Source: Octopus vulgaris
Taxonomy: Eukaryota
NCBI GenBank assembly: GCA_951406725.2
Contig: OX597815.1
Coordinates: 8,494,001-8,558,000, forward strand
Direction of reading: 5' to 3'
DNA: 64,000 bases
A model generated the notes under the pieces. That model worked only from the letters and a program-made list of their open reading frames with translations, was not told where the DNA came from and did not search any database. Both the position numbers and the translations under genes were made by a program. Numbering within the stretch: the first letter of the stretch is position 1; each line of letters opens with the position of its first letter. Of this stretch, positions 35,645 to 48,270 are shown piece after piece.

Positions 35645-36900
35645 TAATCATTGGTATAAATCTAAATTTATAATAAGTGTTGAGGAGGTGCAGGTTTCGA
35701 AGTAGTTATCTGCAAATATTCTTATCGATGATTTTAGCAGAGATGTTCGCATCTGCAGGGCAGCTAACGTGTGTATTTTTACATGTATGTATGTGTTTAT
35801 GTACATGTGTGTATGCGAATATGGGATTATCGTTGTCCATCGAAATTTGAAAATGATAATTTTCGTCATATGGGTCTTTTAAAGACTGCACATTTCAATC
35901 CTCCATGTGCAGCTTTAGTGGTCGATAGGACATGTGACTGTTTGGTTGGAGACGCTAGCTATTAATCTGTGTGTATGCCTCTTATACTCCTGGTTCCACC
36001 TGTAGAAATAACTATCCGCACGACAAGATTTCTGTCGGAATATTGGTCAGTTCACGCGATTTCTCTTCCACGCTCCTTTTTGAGAGGTGGTGTTTCGTCC
36101 AGGCAGGGTTTTTCGTCCAGGATGGGCATTTGACTATCAAATGTTAGACTTGGTGTAAAGGTATTTAGTAATGTGACATAGCGGTCATCTGCTCGCTAAT
36201 GCCAACTGGTGTCTCGGTCAGTTTAGACAACAGGCTGTTTCTTACAGTTGAGACAATGCCATATTAATGATGTTTATCCGCGTGGTAGCCATTTCTGAAG
36301 GAAGCGTAGTCCTCACCAATCTCGTTAAGAGAATCCTCATCATGTTGCTTGGACTGAGTGAGTTCAATGTTACACAACAGAAATTCAGTTAATTGCTATG
36401 AGAGTCGTTCGACGCTGAACTAGTTTGGCATTACACGTCGAACGGTTTTAGCAGAAGCAGTTTCTTATCCTGTTGAGCAATTTTTCGGCCGTCTTTCGTA
36501 GGTCTTTCCTCAGATGGAAGAGCAGCGTTGTTTCTAGACAGGGTGCACAGGTGTTTATCAATCCCAGCTGCCAACGACTATTGCCCTGTACCGTTGGCGT
36601 TTTCAGCACATTCGGGCCTACTCTTGTTGCCAGACTCGTCAGAAATCCAAGATTTATGTTTCACGTTACAGGAAAAACTGCTCGCGTAAAGGAAGTTCTG
36701 TAGTGAAGTTGGTATTAGTTATTTCCTAGTATTACTATCTTCGCCGTAGAGGAGATACATCCAGTTGCAAGCTGCAGGAGGTTGTTGGACGTTTATTCTG
36801 GTGGAAACCGCCTTACAGCAAATCGCCATACTGTTTTTCTCTCAGAGTTACTCTACTAACCGTTACCTTTCTCGACTCACCCATAAGGCATTAGAAAAGT
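35645..36900 (-). mobile_element. Highly decayed Penelope-like RT region
   Basis: HVSCPADANISAKIIDK resembles the PLE RT 'PIVS..CPT.NISxxxD' motif; many stops and frameshifts. Confidence 0.35.
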
Positions 36901-37147
36901 GATTGATAAATGCCAGGGCATATTCACCCACGTATGTCTGCATACTACATTTCTGGGGTCCGAGATTCCCTGCAATGTCGGTCTAGGGCCCGCCAAGTAA
37001 TCACTTTCAAAGTGTAGAAGAGCTGTAGACTGGCAAGAAAGACGAGACACATTAACCTGCTTCCTGTCTAACATGAAGGGCAACGCACTGGAAGCAAGAA
37101 GGTTTCAACCACAACTCTGCCTGATGCACCACATAACCCTACACCCC

Positions 37148-37149
<2 letters not shown>

Positions 37150-37178
<29 letters not shown>

Positions 37179-37366
37179 GCGCACGAACACACACACGTAT
37201 GTATATATGTATGTATGTATATGTATGTATGTATATATGTATGTATGTATGTATATATATATTTTTGTATATATGCATATATTCATATATTATTTATATT
37301 ACACACAAACACACACATATATACATATATATATATATATACATACACACACATACACATATATAC

Positions 37367-37431
<65 letters not shown>

Positions 37432-37439
37432 CACACACA

Positions 37440-37501
<62 letters not shown>

Positions 37502-37514
37502 TACACACATATAC

Positions 37515-37584
<70 letters not shown>
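37150..37584. repeat. Compound (CA)n/(TA)n/(TATG)n microsatellite
   Basis: Alternating dinucleotide runs. Confidence 0.97.
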
Positions 37585-39135
37585 CGAAAGCGATATTCAT
37601 GCAAGTATATGAATTAGTTATTATTTTAGCATTGATAGTAAAATGAGTATCCCCTCACCCCCCACCGCCATTCTTCCACACACTCCGCCCACTCACGTTG
37701 TCTACAGACCTCAATTTCCTGAGTTACTAAGACACCTATTGCTTATTGCTTATTAAATTTGCACGAAGAGAATTGCTAGAGGCGTCGGAGGCGAAGGCGG
37801 TTAGGTTGTGTAAAAGTAGGTGGACACTACTACATTAACAACATACAAACAACAGCCGGCGTGGTCGCTCTGTCTACAAGAAATAGCAACCACATTTCCC
37901 CTCAAATCACACACACACCCTTACTCTATCAATGCACGAAGGGTTACAGACACGTTGGATAATGTAATTCTAGACACACTTATGCCTGAGAAAAGAAATG
38001 AACGGTGGATTGGTTATGTCTTGCAGCTGTTTCGACCGTAGGCCTGTTCAATGGGAACCGACTCAATGGGAGTTAAACACCACCACCACTACCACCACCA
38101 CTACCTACTACAACTACTACTACTACTACTGCTACTACTACAGCAAGGCACAGTGATGTTAAAGGTAACAGTTAAAGGTAATGTACCAATTTACTTATTA
38201 CCATCGTCTCTGATAAATGACTTCAAATAAATTTGGAGCCTTTTTATCTATTGTTCTTATAATCTTTGTGTAAGATGTGTCGATGCTTCTCGGGTGGTAG
38301 GGTGACGGAGCTCAAATTCTATCGTGACAAAAAAAAAAAAAAATGAAGTACTTGTCAATATAAATCAACTTTTCATCTACCCCCCCACCCATACACCCAT
38401 GTAGTACCAGTAAATTTTCGTAGTTACTATAATCGACTATTTCCCAATATGCTACCCCAATATGGAGAAAATTTGGCTTTATGCCTGGAAGTAATCATTA
38501 CGGATTTTTTTTTTTTACATAGACACAAATCCATAAATCTCTGAAGCGAGGAATGGATGCAGATGATTAAATCGACCCAGCACTTCACTGATATTATATT
38601 TCATTGATCCTAGGAGAATACAAAATAAAGTTGACGCCGGCGGGATTTGAACTCAGCTCTATATTGGGTGCAACTCTCTGCTATTAATATTTAGCAGAGT
38701 TCAAACTCTTGGCCAAGGAGTTGGGGCTTACTGTCGGTGATCTGGCCGGTGGTGCACAGACACGCAACATCCCGAATAGATTTATCCACGACAACCCCCA
38801 CCTTATGCGATGCAAATAGAGGGGATGGGCAAGAAACTTAGCATAGGCGGTACTCAGGTCAACTTAGAGGGGATGGGTAAGAAACTTAGCATAGGTGGTA
38901 CCCAGGTCAACTTAGAGTTTTCGAAAGTCTTCGGTAGGATCAACTACTCAGTGCAGCTGATGTTCTCACCGCAGCTAGTTTTGATCCCGCTTTTAAGAGC
39001 TGGTTCGCAACAATGTACACTGACATCTGCTCGGTGGTTAAATGGCCACCTACTGGAACCGTTCAATATCACACGCTCAGTCCGTCACGGTTGTCCACCA
39101 CTCTCGTCCCCTCTATATGTATTAACTCTAGAACC

Positions 39136-39367
39136 TATTTCTTTACTACCCACAAGGGGCTAAACACAGAGAGGACAAACAAGGACAGACAAACGGATTA
39201 AGTCGATTATATCGACCCCAGTGCGTAACTGGTACTTAATTTATCGACCCCCCAAAGGATGAAAGGCAAAGTCGACCTCGGCGGAATTTGAACTCAGAAC
39301 GTAACAGCAGACGAAATACGGCTACGCATTTCGCCCGGCGTGCTAACGTTTCTGCCAGCTCGCCGCC
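39136..39367 (-). mobile_element. Meta-domain SINE (family B), full-length monomer
   Basis: Perfect 14-bp TSD TTAACTCTAGAACC at 39122-39135 and 39373-39386. Confidence 0.92.
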
Positions 39368-39736
39368 TTGTGTTAACTCTAGAACCACTATTGCCGAAAC
39401 TAGAGACTTTGAGGGGCATCCCGTGAGAAGTAGAATGCAGATCTTCACTGGCCTGTGCCGACGACGTCAGCATAAGAGCGTCTTACCCTAGGGATACCGA
39501 GGTGATTGGCACCACTCTATGAGAGTACGAAGCGGTGACGGAAGCCAAGATTAAAACCAGGAAAAGTCGATTGCCTTGCAATTGGGCACCTGTAGAGGCA
39601 GGTCCATGCCGTCCAGCGGCGCCGTGTGGATACTGGACACAGACCGATTAAATTACTAGGCGTTTAGTTTGGTCCAAATCATAAGGAAGACAAAAACTGA
39701 AACGAAGTGACGAGCAAGTCGGTTAGTCTCACCCAG

Positions 39737-40146
39737 GCGGCAAGCTGGCAAACACGTTAGCACGCCGGGCGAGCTGCCTTGCGGTATTTCGTGTCTATAC
39801 GTTCTGGGTTCAAATTCCACCGAGGTCGACTTTGCCTTTCATCCTTTCGGGGTCGATAAATTAAGTACCAATTACGCACTGGGGTCGATGTAATCGACTT
39901 AATCCGTTTGTCTGTCCTTGTTTGTCTCTTCTGTGTTTAGCCCCTTGTGGGTAATAAAGAAATAGGTATTTCGTGTCTATACGTTCTGGGTTCAAATTCC
40001 GCCGAGGTCGACTTTGCCTTTCATCCTTTCGGGGTCGATTAAATAAGTACCAGTTATGCACTGGGGTCGATGTAATCGATTTAATCCGTTTGTCTGTCCT
40101 TGTTTGTCCTCTCTGAGTTTAGCCCCTTGTGGGTAGTAAAGAAATA
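39737..40146 (+). mobile_element. Meta-domain SINE (family B), dimer
   Basis: Perfect 16-bp TSD GGTTAGTCTCACCCAG at 39721-39736 and 40147-40162. Confidence 0.92.
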
Positions 40147-40644
40147 GGTTAGTCTCACCCAGAAATGGGACGAGAAGAAGCGATCGCTGAATGGTCGGGT
40201 GGCCATGAATAAAAAGATTGAGTGATATACGAAATTGAAGGGGTTAAAGGTAAACACCTTATTTTTCCATCTATTTAGTAGGGAATTCTTAGGATTATGT
40301 TATTCGAAGTACTTTTTTCCTAATACGAAAGACAATGGGATGTTATTTGAAGGAGATTTGGTTGCTATTTGTAGCAGGTTAGACAACTAAATAGAGGCTC
40401 CTTCGTTGGCTTGACTCAATGGGGTAGAAGGTTTAATAGAGTAGTTACTCATTTGGGGATAGTATGTTTATTAGGGTTAGCCACTAATTAGTGATTAGTG
40501 GATCTGTTTTAGGTAGCCATCATATTGTGGGTGGAGTGCAGTTGCTTATATCGGCTCCTCTGCTACAAGAAAAAAAAAAAGGCAATGATGCGGCATCTTT
40601 GTAGTCATTTGTTCTGCTAAAAATAACAGTCAAAACTCCTTTAA

Positions 40645-40865
40645 CCCTTTAGCATTTAATCCGACCACATCCGTCCTAAATATTCTACTTGTTTTATGTT
40701 GAAACTGGCCAGATCCAACCTCTCTCACCTACCCTACAATGTCATTCTAAAAATATAGAAACACACCATTGAAATCTTGAAGCTACAAGATAATGTGTGT
40801 TTCATTCAAAACAACGTGAATAAATTAAACAAGACATTTGACAAAGAAATTTGAATGCTGAAGGG
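40645..40865. mobile_element. piggyBac-like MITE
   Basis: TTAA|CCCTTTAGCATT ... AATGCTGAAGGG|TTAA. Confidence 0.85.
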
Positions 40866-40997
40866 TTAAAACATAAAAAGCTTAACAACTGCAGAAAATA
40901 GAACCATGTAGAAGCAGACGTCTGAGATATCCGAATGTCTGACAAGTGTGTTCGATCCTGGCTGATTTGGGCGAAATAACAGCCACGACCATATTGG

Positions 40998-41866
40998 CTT
41001 CAAATTTTGGCACAAAGACAGAAATTTGTAGGGAGGGAGTAAGTCGATTACATCGACCCCAGTGTTCAACTGGTACTTATTTTATCGACCCCGAAGGGAT
41101 GAAAGGCAAAGGCGAACTCAGCGAAATTTAAACGCAGAACGTAAAATCGGAAGAAATACCTATTTCTTTACTACCCACAAGGGGCTAAACACAGAGAAGC
41201 CAAACAAGGACAGACAAACGGATTAAGTCGATTATATCGATCCCAGTGCGTAACTGGTACTTAATTTATCGACCCCAAAAGGATGAAAGGCAAAGTCGAC
41301 CTCGGTAGAATTTGAACTCAGAACGTAGTGGCAGACGAAATACCGCTAAGCATTTTGGCCAGCGTGCTACCGTTTCTGCCAGCTCGCCGCCTTTAGAAGG
41401 ACGAAATACCTGTTTCTTTATTACCCACATGGGGCTAAACATAGAGGGGACAAACAAGGACAGACAAACGGATTAAGTCGATTACATCGACCCCAGTGCG
41501 TAACTAGTACTTAATATATCGACCCCGAAAGGATGAAAGGCAAAGTCGGCCTCGACGGAATTTGAACTCAGAACGTAACGGCAGACGAAATACGGCTATG
41601 CATTTCGGCCAGCGTGCTACCGTTTCTGCCAGCTCACCGCCTTCCCATATATAAAAATATTGGTTTCAAATTTTGGTTCAAAGCCAGCAATTTTGGTGGA
41701 GGGGATTACGTAGACCCCCATTGCTGAACTGGTATTTATTTTATAGGCCCCGAGAGGATGAAAGGCAAAATCAACCCGGAGGAATTTGAACTCAGAATGT
41801 GAAGACGGACGACATGCCACTAAGTATTTTGCCCGGCGCGCTAATGATTCTGCCAGCTCGCCGCCG
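40998..41866 (-). mobile_element. Nested stack of four Meta-domain SINEs
   Basis: Two young family B copies between two older-tail copies; whole block flanked by TAACAGCCACGACCATATTGG / TAATAGCCACGGCCATATTGG. Confidence 0.85.
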
Positions 41867-41949
41867 TAATAGCCACGGCCATATTGGAAAGAAGAATGAA
41901 AGGCAATGTCGATTTCTGCTGTATTTGAACACAGATCATAAAGAGATGT

Positions 41950-42359
41950 GGATCTTTTCGGTTTGAACGGCAGTTTTTTCTAGAGGTGTCATATGAAATT
42001 GTCACCCATAATTATGACCCTAGTATCGATCTATTGCATTTCAATCTATTTTAGGGTTAGGGTGGGGGAGGGTATCTTTTTTTCTTCACAGATGTAAATA
42101 AACCCAAACTGTTTCTTAAACGAGGGACATATTCATACGGCACAGAATGCTTTTTAACTCAACAGACGTCATTGATTGGTGGAAATTGCAGAAATTGAAG
42201 AAAAAACAACAACAAATATCTTACAAACTATAGAATTTTCTCAATAAAGCCAAGAGAAAGAGATGTTTTATAAACACATTCTACCAGAATACGAAGTTTA
42301 AAAGTGTTTAGTTACGTGGAAATTATTAAAAAAAACTGCCGGTCAAACCGAAAAGATCC
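41950..42359. mobile_element. MITE family M1
   Basis: GGATCTTTTCGGTTTGAACGGCAG TIRs; 8-bp flanks AGAGATGT / ATAGATGT. Confidence 0.9.
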
Positions 42360-43820
42360 ATAGATGTAACTATATATCCGCAACTACACTCAACTGATTC
42401 TGTCATTCACCCCATTCGAGTACTGATGGTTTATTCCAGCCAACGAGGAAGCAGTTGTTGTTGCTCGACCTGGTAGAAACACCTGCTAAATTCCCCCCAG
42501 ATCGCACTCCCCTATTTTAAATATAGGATATATTCGATATTTGTTTTTTTTTTTAACTTAGGCGCATGCCATCAATTTTGAGGGGACGGGATTAGTCGAT
42601 ACCACCCATTGACTGGTACTTTAGTCTATCGACCCCGGAGGGAGGAAAAACAAAGTTGATCTCAGCAGGATTCGAACTCGGTATGTAAGGAATTGGAACA
42701 AATACCGCAAGGCGTTTTCCGACGCTCTTACGATTTTGCCAATCCACTGCCATAAGGATACATTCGATAATATACTCTTAGACGTACCCCCACCTCACAT
42801 AATTATGGGGTAGTAACGGAGAGAAGACCTCTGATTACATATTTGTTCGTTCTCAAGGCAAAACAACAATAAAGACATCAAACGTCTGATATCATAGAGC
42901 GATTCGCTTTACTAATAAACTACAGCATTCCCAAATCTGAATAGCATTTTGTTTTGTTGAAATAAATGTTTATTTGAAACAAATAAAACGAACCAAACTT
43001 AGATGGCGTCTTTTTAACCATCGCCTCAAGCGTTCCAATTGGAATTCATTTCAATGTTAAGATTTTAAATCATTCTTAACCAGCCATGGCTGTTGCAATG
43101 ATCTCGTAACTGAAGTTATCTTTCGCCACATTTCTTTACGAAAAAGAACATCATTAGAGAGCTCTTGGAATCTAAGGTAACGCTCAGTCTTCTATCGAAA
43201 GGATTGAATTTTATCTAGCTTGTCTGTCTGTCAGTCTATCTGTCTCTCCCTCTCTTTCTCCACACACACACACACACGTTTGTCTTTTATCAGCCAGTAG
43301 GATGATTGACTAGCAAAGTGGCAACTCGCTACAGGCAGAGGAAGAATTCCCACCAGGCAAGTGTTTCGGCTCTTAACTTTCTTCTAAGGGATCGGGGCCC
43401 ACCTAGGCCATGACTCCTAGGTGCCCTCCTGCTGTTTTGAAGTGACACCGTTTGTTGGAATTGTACTCGGAATCTAAATGCTCTGATTTATTGTCTTTTA
43501 TAAGTTAACATAGCCGTCTTTGTACACGTGATTAATGTCTGGTGCGGTCTTCAACATTTTCATGGCTAAAAATATAGTCGCAACTAAAATCTTCGTAAGT
43601 CTCGGTTGGCACTGATTCTGTTCCTGGTCGTGGACAATTCATTTCACTTAACATATTGATGCCATTTAGAAAAGCATTCCTCCATTTTCTTTTGTTTTTG
43701 GCGATATTCAGAGAAATAAACTTGTTCCCAGTGAGTCACCTTCTAGCAAACTTAGTCCAGCATCAACATCACACTAGGGGTTGTGAGTTTTAGTGTAGAA
43801 GGATATATATATATATATAC

Positions 43821-43954
43821 ATAAGAAAAAAGGGACAGGCAACTGGTTGCTTGACCGCATACCGAAAAAGTAGAAATAGCAGTCAAGAATGCTTATTTCT
43901 ATTTTCCACAAGTGGGGCTCCACAGCAACCAGTTGCCTGTCCCTTTTTTCTTAT
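43821..43954. repeat. Fold-back with perfect 31-bp arms
   Basis: ATAAGAAAAAAGGGACAGGCAACTGGTTGCT (43821-43851) is the exact reverse complement of 43924-43954. Confidence 0.9.
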
Positions 43955-44149
43955 ATACAATATATATACTGAACTTTACAGAAGTTCCTACCGTTAATCG
44001 GCTATATTTACATACCGAATTCTACCAGTCTGGTTTTTTAAAAAAAAAATTGTGGTCTTTTTTTAAAAACCATTATAGAAATTATTTACTCTTATTATTA
44101 TATATATACATACATACATACATAGACATTTTTCTTTTCTTTTTTTCCT

Positions 44150-46455
44150 GCCTTTAACCCTCCAACGCGGAGTATCGGCCACTTATACTTGAATTCCCTT
44201 TCACATAATTTTTCGCTTCTGTACTTATACTCTGCTATGAATGTCCCCCTTTCTCTAGTTCCCTTTGTGTTGATCTACGCCACGAGTTCTCATGCCTACC
44301 TCTCTTTCTATATCCATCCGGATTCCACTGTAAAGCACTTTTCACTACATTTGGTGTTTCTTTTCTAATTGTGCTACCAATCCACTTCCACTTTTTCTTA
44401 AATATTTGCTCCCGAATCAAAACTTGATTTGTTCTTTGCCATAGCTCCATATTGCTTATGTGTATGGGCCATCTAATTTTAAATATACTACGCAAGCATC
44501 TGTTGATGAATGATTGTATTTGCTTATTTGACTAAACTGTTGTTCGCCATGTCTCAGCCCCATACAATAACACCGCTTTTACGTTAGTGCTAAAAATTCT
44601 TATTTTGTTCTTTATTGAAATTACACTTGTGCTCCTTACTTTTTTCACGGGTGAAAAGCGGTCCTTGCCTTACTTATTCTCGTCTTAATATCTCCGTCGG
44701 TGCCGCCTGAAAACGTTATCTTACTACCTAAATACGTAAACTCGGCTACATCCTCTAGTTCACCGGTTTCTAGTTTAATACGTTCGCTGTTTTCTTCATT
44801 AACGCGCATAATTTTTGATTTGTCACGGTTGACTTTCAATCCTAGTTTGGCAGCCATTGCTTCTAATTTTGACGTTTTATTTTGCATTTGGCTTTATGTT
44901 TGTGAAAGCAGCGCTATATCATCTGCAAAGTCGAGATCTTCTAGAGCTTCTGCATCCGTCCATTCAATGCCTGTTTGGCTTTCAGTCATAGTTTTCTTCA
45001 TAATCCAATCTATAACTAATAGAAATAAAAAGGGAGAAAGTATTCAGCCCTGTCGAACTCCTGTTTTTACTTCGAATTTATCCGTAGCCCCGTTTCTATG
45101 CAAGACTCGGCATGACATTCCTTGGTAAGTTGCTCTTATTATAGATATATACTTGTCTCGTATGCCGTAGTGCTGCATAATTTTCCATAATCCTTCCCTA
45201 TCTACACTATAAAATGCTTTTTCGAAATCAATAATGTTAATATAAACCGGTGCATTCCACTCTGCGCTTTGCTCTAAGACGATGCGAAGAGTGGCGATTT
45301 GATCTACACATGAACGATTCTTCCTAAATCCGGCTTATTCTTTACGCAACAATTTGTCAACTTCTGCCCTCATCCGCTCTAAAAGTATCCTGTTAAAAAC
45401 TTTTCCGGAAGTCGATAATAGCATAATCCCTCTATAGTTTCCGTAAACGCTTAAATCACCTTTTTTTGGCAATTTTTCAATGAGTCCCTCTTTCCAATCA
45501 TTAGACACATTTTCTTCCTGCCACATCTTAGAAAATAATGGATGAAACATTTCCACTGCTATTTCTATAGCTGATTTCATTGCTTCAGCTGGAATGTTGT
45601 CTACATCTCCCGCTTTCCCATTCTTGAGGGATTGTATAGCCTTTCTTATTTCAAACTTGGACGGTGGGTCAAGGCTGATGTTAAGATCCAAATTTCTTGG
45701 CACAATATTGGCTATTGTGTCTGGCGGTAGTCTATTGAGCAAATCTTCAAAATACTCCTTCCATCGATTTTTGTTGTTGTTCTAGAATTGATGTTAGCAT
45801 CCGGCCATCCTTCCCTTTTACTGCCTTTTCTACTCTTACTCTTACACACGGCCTAGTGGTTAGAGCAGTGGACTTGCGGTCGAGGAATCATGGGTTCGAA
45901 TCTCAGACCGGGCGATGTGTGTGTGTGTGTTTATGAGCGAAACACCTAAGCTCCACGCGGCTCTGGCAGAAGGTAATGGCCAACTTCTGCTGATTTTTAA
46001 CTACAACCAGCCAGGAACAGTCTTCGCTACATTTGCGGTACCTGCCAGAGGGAGTGTTTGTCCAGGATAGGACTCCACAGCCACAGCAGGAAATGTATCA
46101 GGACATGAAATACAAAAGCCGGACTAGACTACTTCATGCGCAACTCCATTGTCTCCCGAGACAGAAAGGATGCCTTTTCTACTCTTACTCTCTTCTCGGA
46201 TATTAATTCAGTTGTGTTGTACAGCTCTTTCGTGTTCTGACGCTGAGCTGCACTTTCTGCTGTCGTTGCTAAATTTTCGAAATATTCTCGCTTGTCCCTT
46301 CGTAATTGTTTTTTAACTTCCTTATTTTGATGGTTGTAATTTCCTTGACATCTGTTTATCTCTACTTCTAAGCTTGCCGATATTAATTTTTTCTTTAGCT
46401 CCTTTCGTACTTCTATGGCTGTTAGTGTCTCTTGTGATATCCACGTCTTATTCTT
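44150..46455 (-). mobile_element. RTE-clade LINE, 5'-truncated, RT pseudogene
   Basis: LKNGKAGDVDNIPAE, KLPKKGDLSVYGNYRGIMLLS..GKVFNRILLER, GVRQG, LDFADD, GLKVNRDKSK, EFTYLG, RISKARTAF, KWKWIG, ALQWNPDGYRKRGR; stops and frameshifts. Confidence 0.93.
45843..46170 (+). mobile_element. Chimeric insertion: family C SINE head fused to a BovB-like RTE 3' end
   Basis: 21-bp TSD TGCCTTTTCTACTCTTACTCT (45822-45842, 46171-46191); tRNA head GGCCTAGTGGTTAG...GGTTCGAATCTC; then YICGTCQRECLSRIGLHSHSRKC and tail CCATTGTCTCCCGAGACAGAAAGGATGCC. Confidence 0.8.
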
Positions 46456-46496
46456 TTTGTTTACACATCCTACGCATTCCAGAGTCAAAGGTTTTT

Positions 46497-46896
46497 GGCG
46501 ATCTTTCGTCTCTAGTAGACCTTTCCGTCGATTTCCGTAAAAATTTTTTTTTTTTACATATGGGCTTGCGGGAACTTTTGAAGTAATATACATACATATA
46601 CACATACACCGAGTAAAAAATTTCAGTTATCTCTGTCTCTTCACACACTAACAGAAGCACTTCACTTACACAACATACTGTCTGTCTCCCACACCCCACC
46701 AAACACACACACACACACATGTCCATCAATGCTCCCATGCACGGTAACTTCAAAAGAACTTCCCTCGTCATACAATCGCTTTCTCTTAGTCTCTTTCGCT
46801 CTCATTACTTCAAAAGTTCCCGCAAGCCCATATGTAAAAAAAAAAAATTTTTTTACGGAAATCGACGGAAAGGTCTACTAGAGACGAAAGATTGCC
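46497..46896. mobile_element. MITE with about 90-bp TIRs (Merlin-like family M4)
   Basis: GGCGATCTTTCGTCTCTAGTAGACC... / ...GGTCTACTAGAGACGAAAGATTGCC; perfect 8-bp TSD AGGTTTTT. Confidence 0.92.
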
Positions 46897-46939
46897 AGGT
46901 TTTTTTTTTATGAAGCGGTTAAAGCATATAGACATACTG

Positions 46940-47284
46940 GGTACTACTAGCGAACAGTGGTCCCGGTGCGCGCACTCGCGCATCCGCGCTAGCTAGTCGT
47001 AAGTAGTCGATCCTACAACGACTTGCACGTATGTTTGTATTTCAAGGCTGAATACATATCAAAGAAAATTAAATAATATTTTTCCAACAAAGTAAATAAA
47101 ACGCAAAGTAAATCATTTTTTAAACGAAGTAAATAAATTATTTTTATAAACAAACAAAGGTTAGGTTTAAAAAATTAGGGTTAGGGTTAAAAAGTCGTTG
47201 TAGGATCGACTACTTACGACTAGCTAGCGCGGATGCGTGAGTGCACGAGTGCGCGCACCGGGACCACTGTTTGCTAGTAGTACC
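46940..47284. mobile_element. MITE family M2 (about 85-bp TIRs)
   Basis: GGTACTACTAGCGAACAGTGGTCCCGG... TIRs; 9-bp flanks GACATACTG / GACTTACTG; internal TTAGGGTTAGGG. Confidence 0.9.
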
Positions 47285-47387
47285 GACTTACTGTTATTAA
47301 AACTCCGGGGTGCGTTGCGTTACTTAATAAACGAAAAGAATGCTTTGTAAATAAACGACAGATAAAAAATACATATATATACGTATA

Positions 47388-47558
47388 GGCGCAGGAGTGG
47401 CTGTGTGATAAGTAGCTTGCTTACCAACCACATGGTTCCGGGTTCAGTCCCACTGCGTGGCATCTTGGGAAAGTGTCTTCTGCTATAGCCCCGGGCCAAC
47501 CAATGCCTTGTGAGTGGATTTGGTAGATGGAAACTGAAACAAGCCCGTCGTATATATG

Positions 47559-47614
<56 letters not shown>

Positions 47615-47876
47615 GTTAGGATCTCAGAACAACAGGGCTCTTACCGATGAATTCTCTCTGAGCAAATAAATTATCTTTATTGCTGAAAAGAACGAAACTG
47701 CAGTCTAAGAGGAACCGAGTTAGTAAATGTTTTTATTTTCATTTCACTAAATTTATCTAGCTTCTGTGTTTCTAGCACATATTTCGCCTTTTAATGTACT
47801 GATATATGAATAATATATGGCCTGAGCTAGTTTCACCAGCGATAATAATTAATTTTATTTTATCGCAATTTGACTT

Positions 47877-47926
<50 letters not shown>

Positions 47927-48166
47927 GTATGTATGTGTGTGTATATGTTTGTGTGTCTGTGTTTGTACCCCCCTAGCATTGCTTGACAACCGATGCTGGT
48001 GTGTTTACGTCCCCGTTACTTAGCGGTTCGGCAAAAAAAAAAGAGACCGATAGAATAAGTACTGGGCTTACAAAGAATAAGTCCCGGGGTCGATTTTCTC
48101 GACTAAAGGCGGTGCTCCAGCATGGCCGCAGTCAAATGACTGAAACAAGTAAAAGAGTAAAGAGAG
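47388..48166 (+). mobile_element. CORE-type SINE (family A) with a 270-bp insert in its (TA)n
   Basis: Family A 5' half to about 47550 and 3' half from about 47930; foreign sequence 47611-47880. Confidence 0.9.
47638..47711 (+). ncRNA. Minimal type I hammerhead ribozyme motif (core-mutated)
   Basis: Stem I CTCTTA/TAAGAG, core CCGATGA (consensus CTGATGA), stem II TTCT/AGAA, GAAA, palindromic stem III ACTGCAGT, GTC cleavage triplet ending at 47705. Confidence 0.75.
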
Positions 48167-48270
48167 ATACTGAGTGTACAACCGGACGGGGAACAGACAC
48201 AGAAGGACCCTGATTCTTCATCAGTTATCAACCAAATGGTAATACTCAATTTCGCACCATTAATGATAAG

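Larger units (their letters stand above)
38700..40240 (+). mobile_element. Tx1/L1-clade LINE RT fossil interrupted by two SINEs
   Basis: LNGHLLEPFNITRSVRHGCPPLSSPLYVLTLEP equals the SVRQGCPLSPLLYVLxLEP motif; 51-bp tandem duplication at about 38817-38916. Confidence 0.78.

Noticed and set aside
48185-48240. Minus-strand CTGATGA hammerhead core
   Set aside because: No matching GAAA or stem III found nearby.
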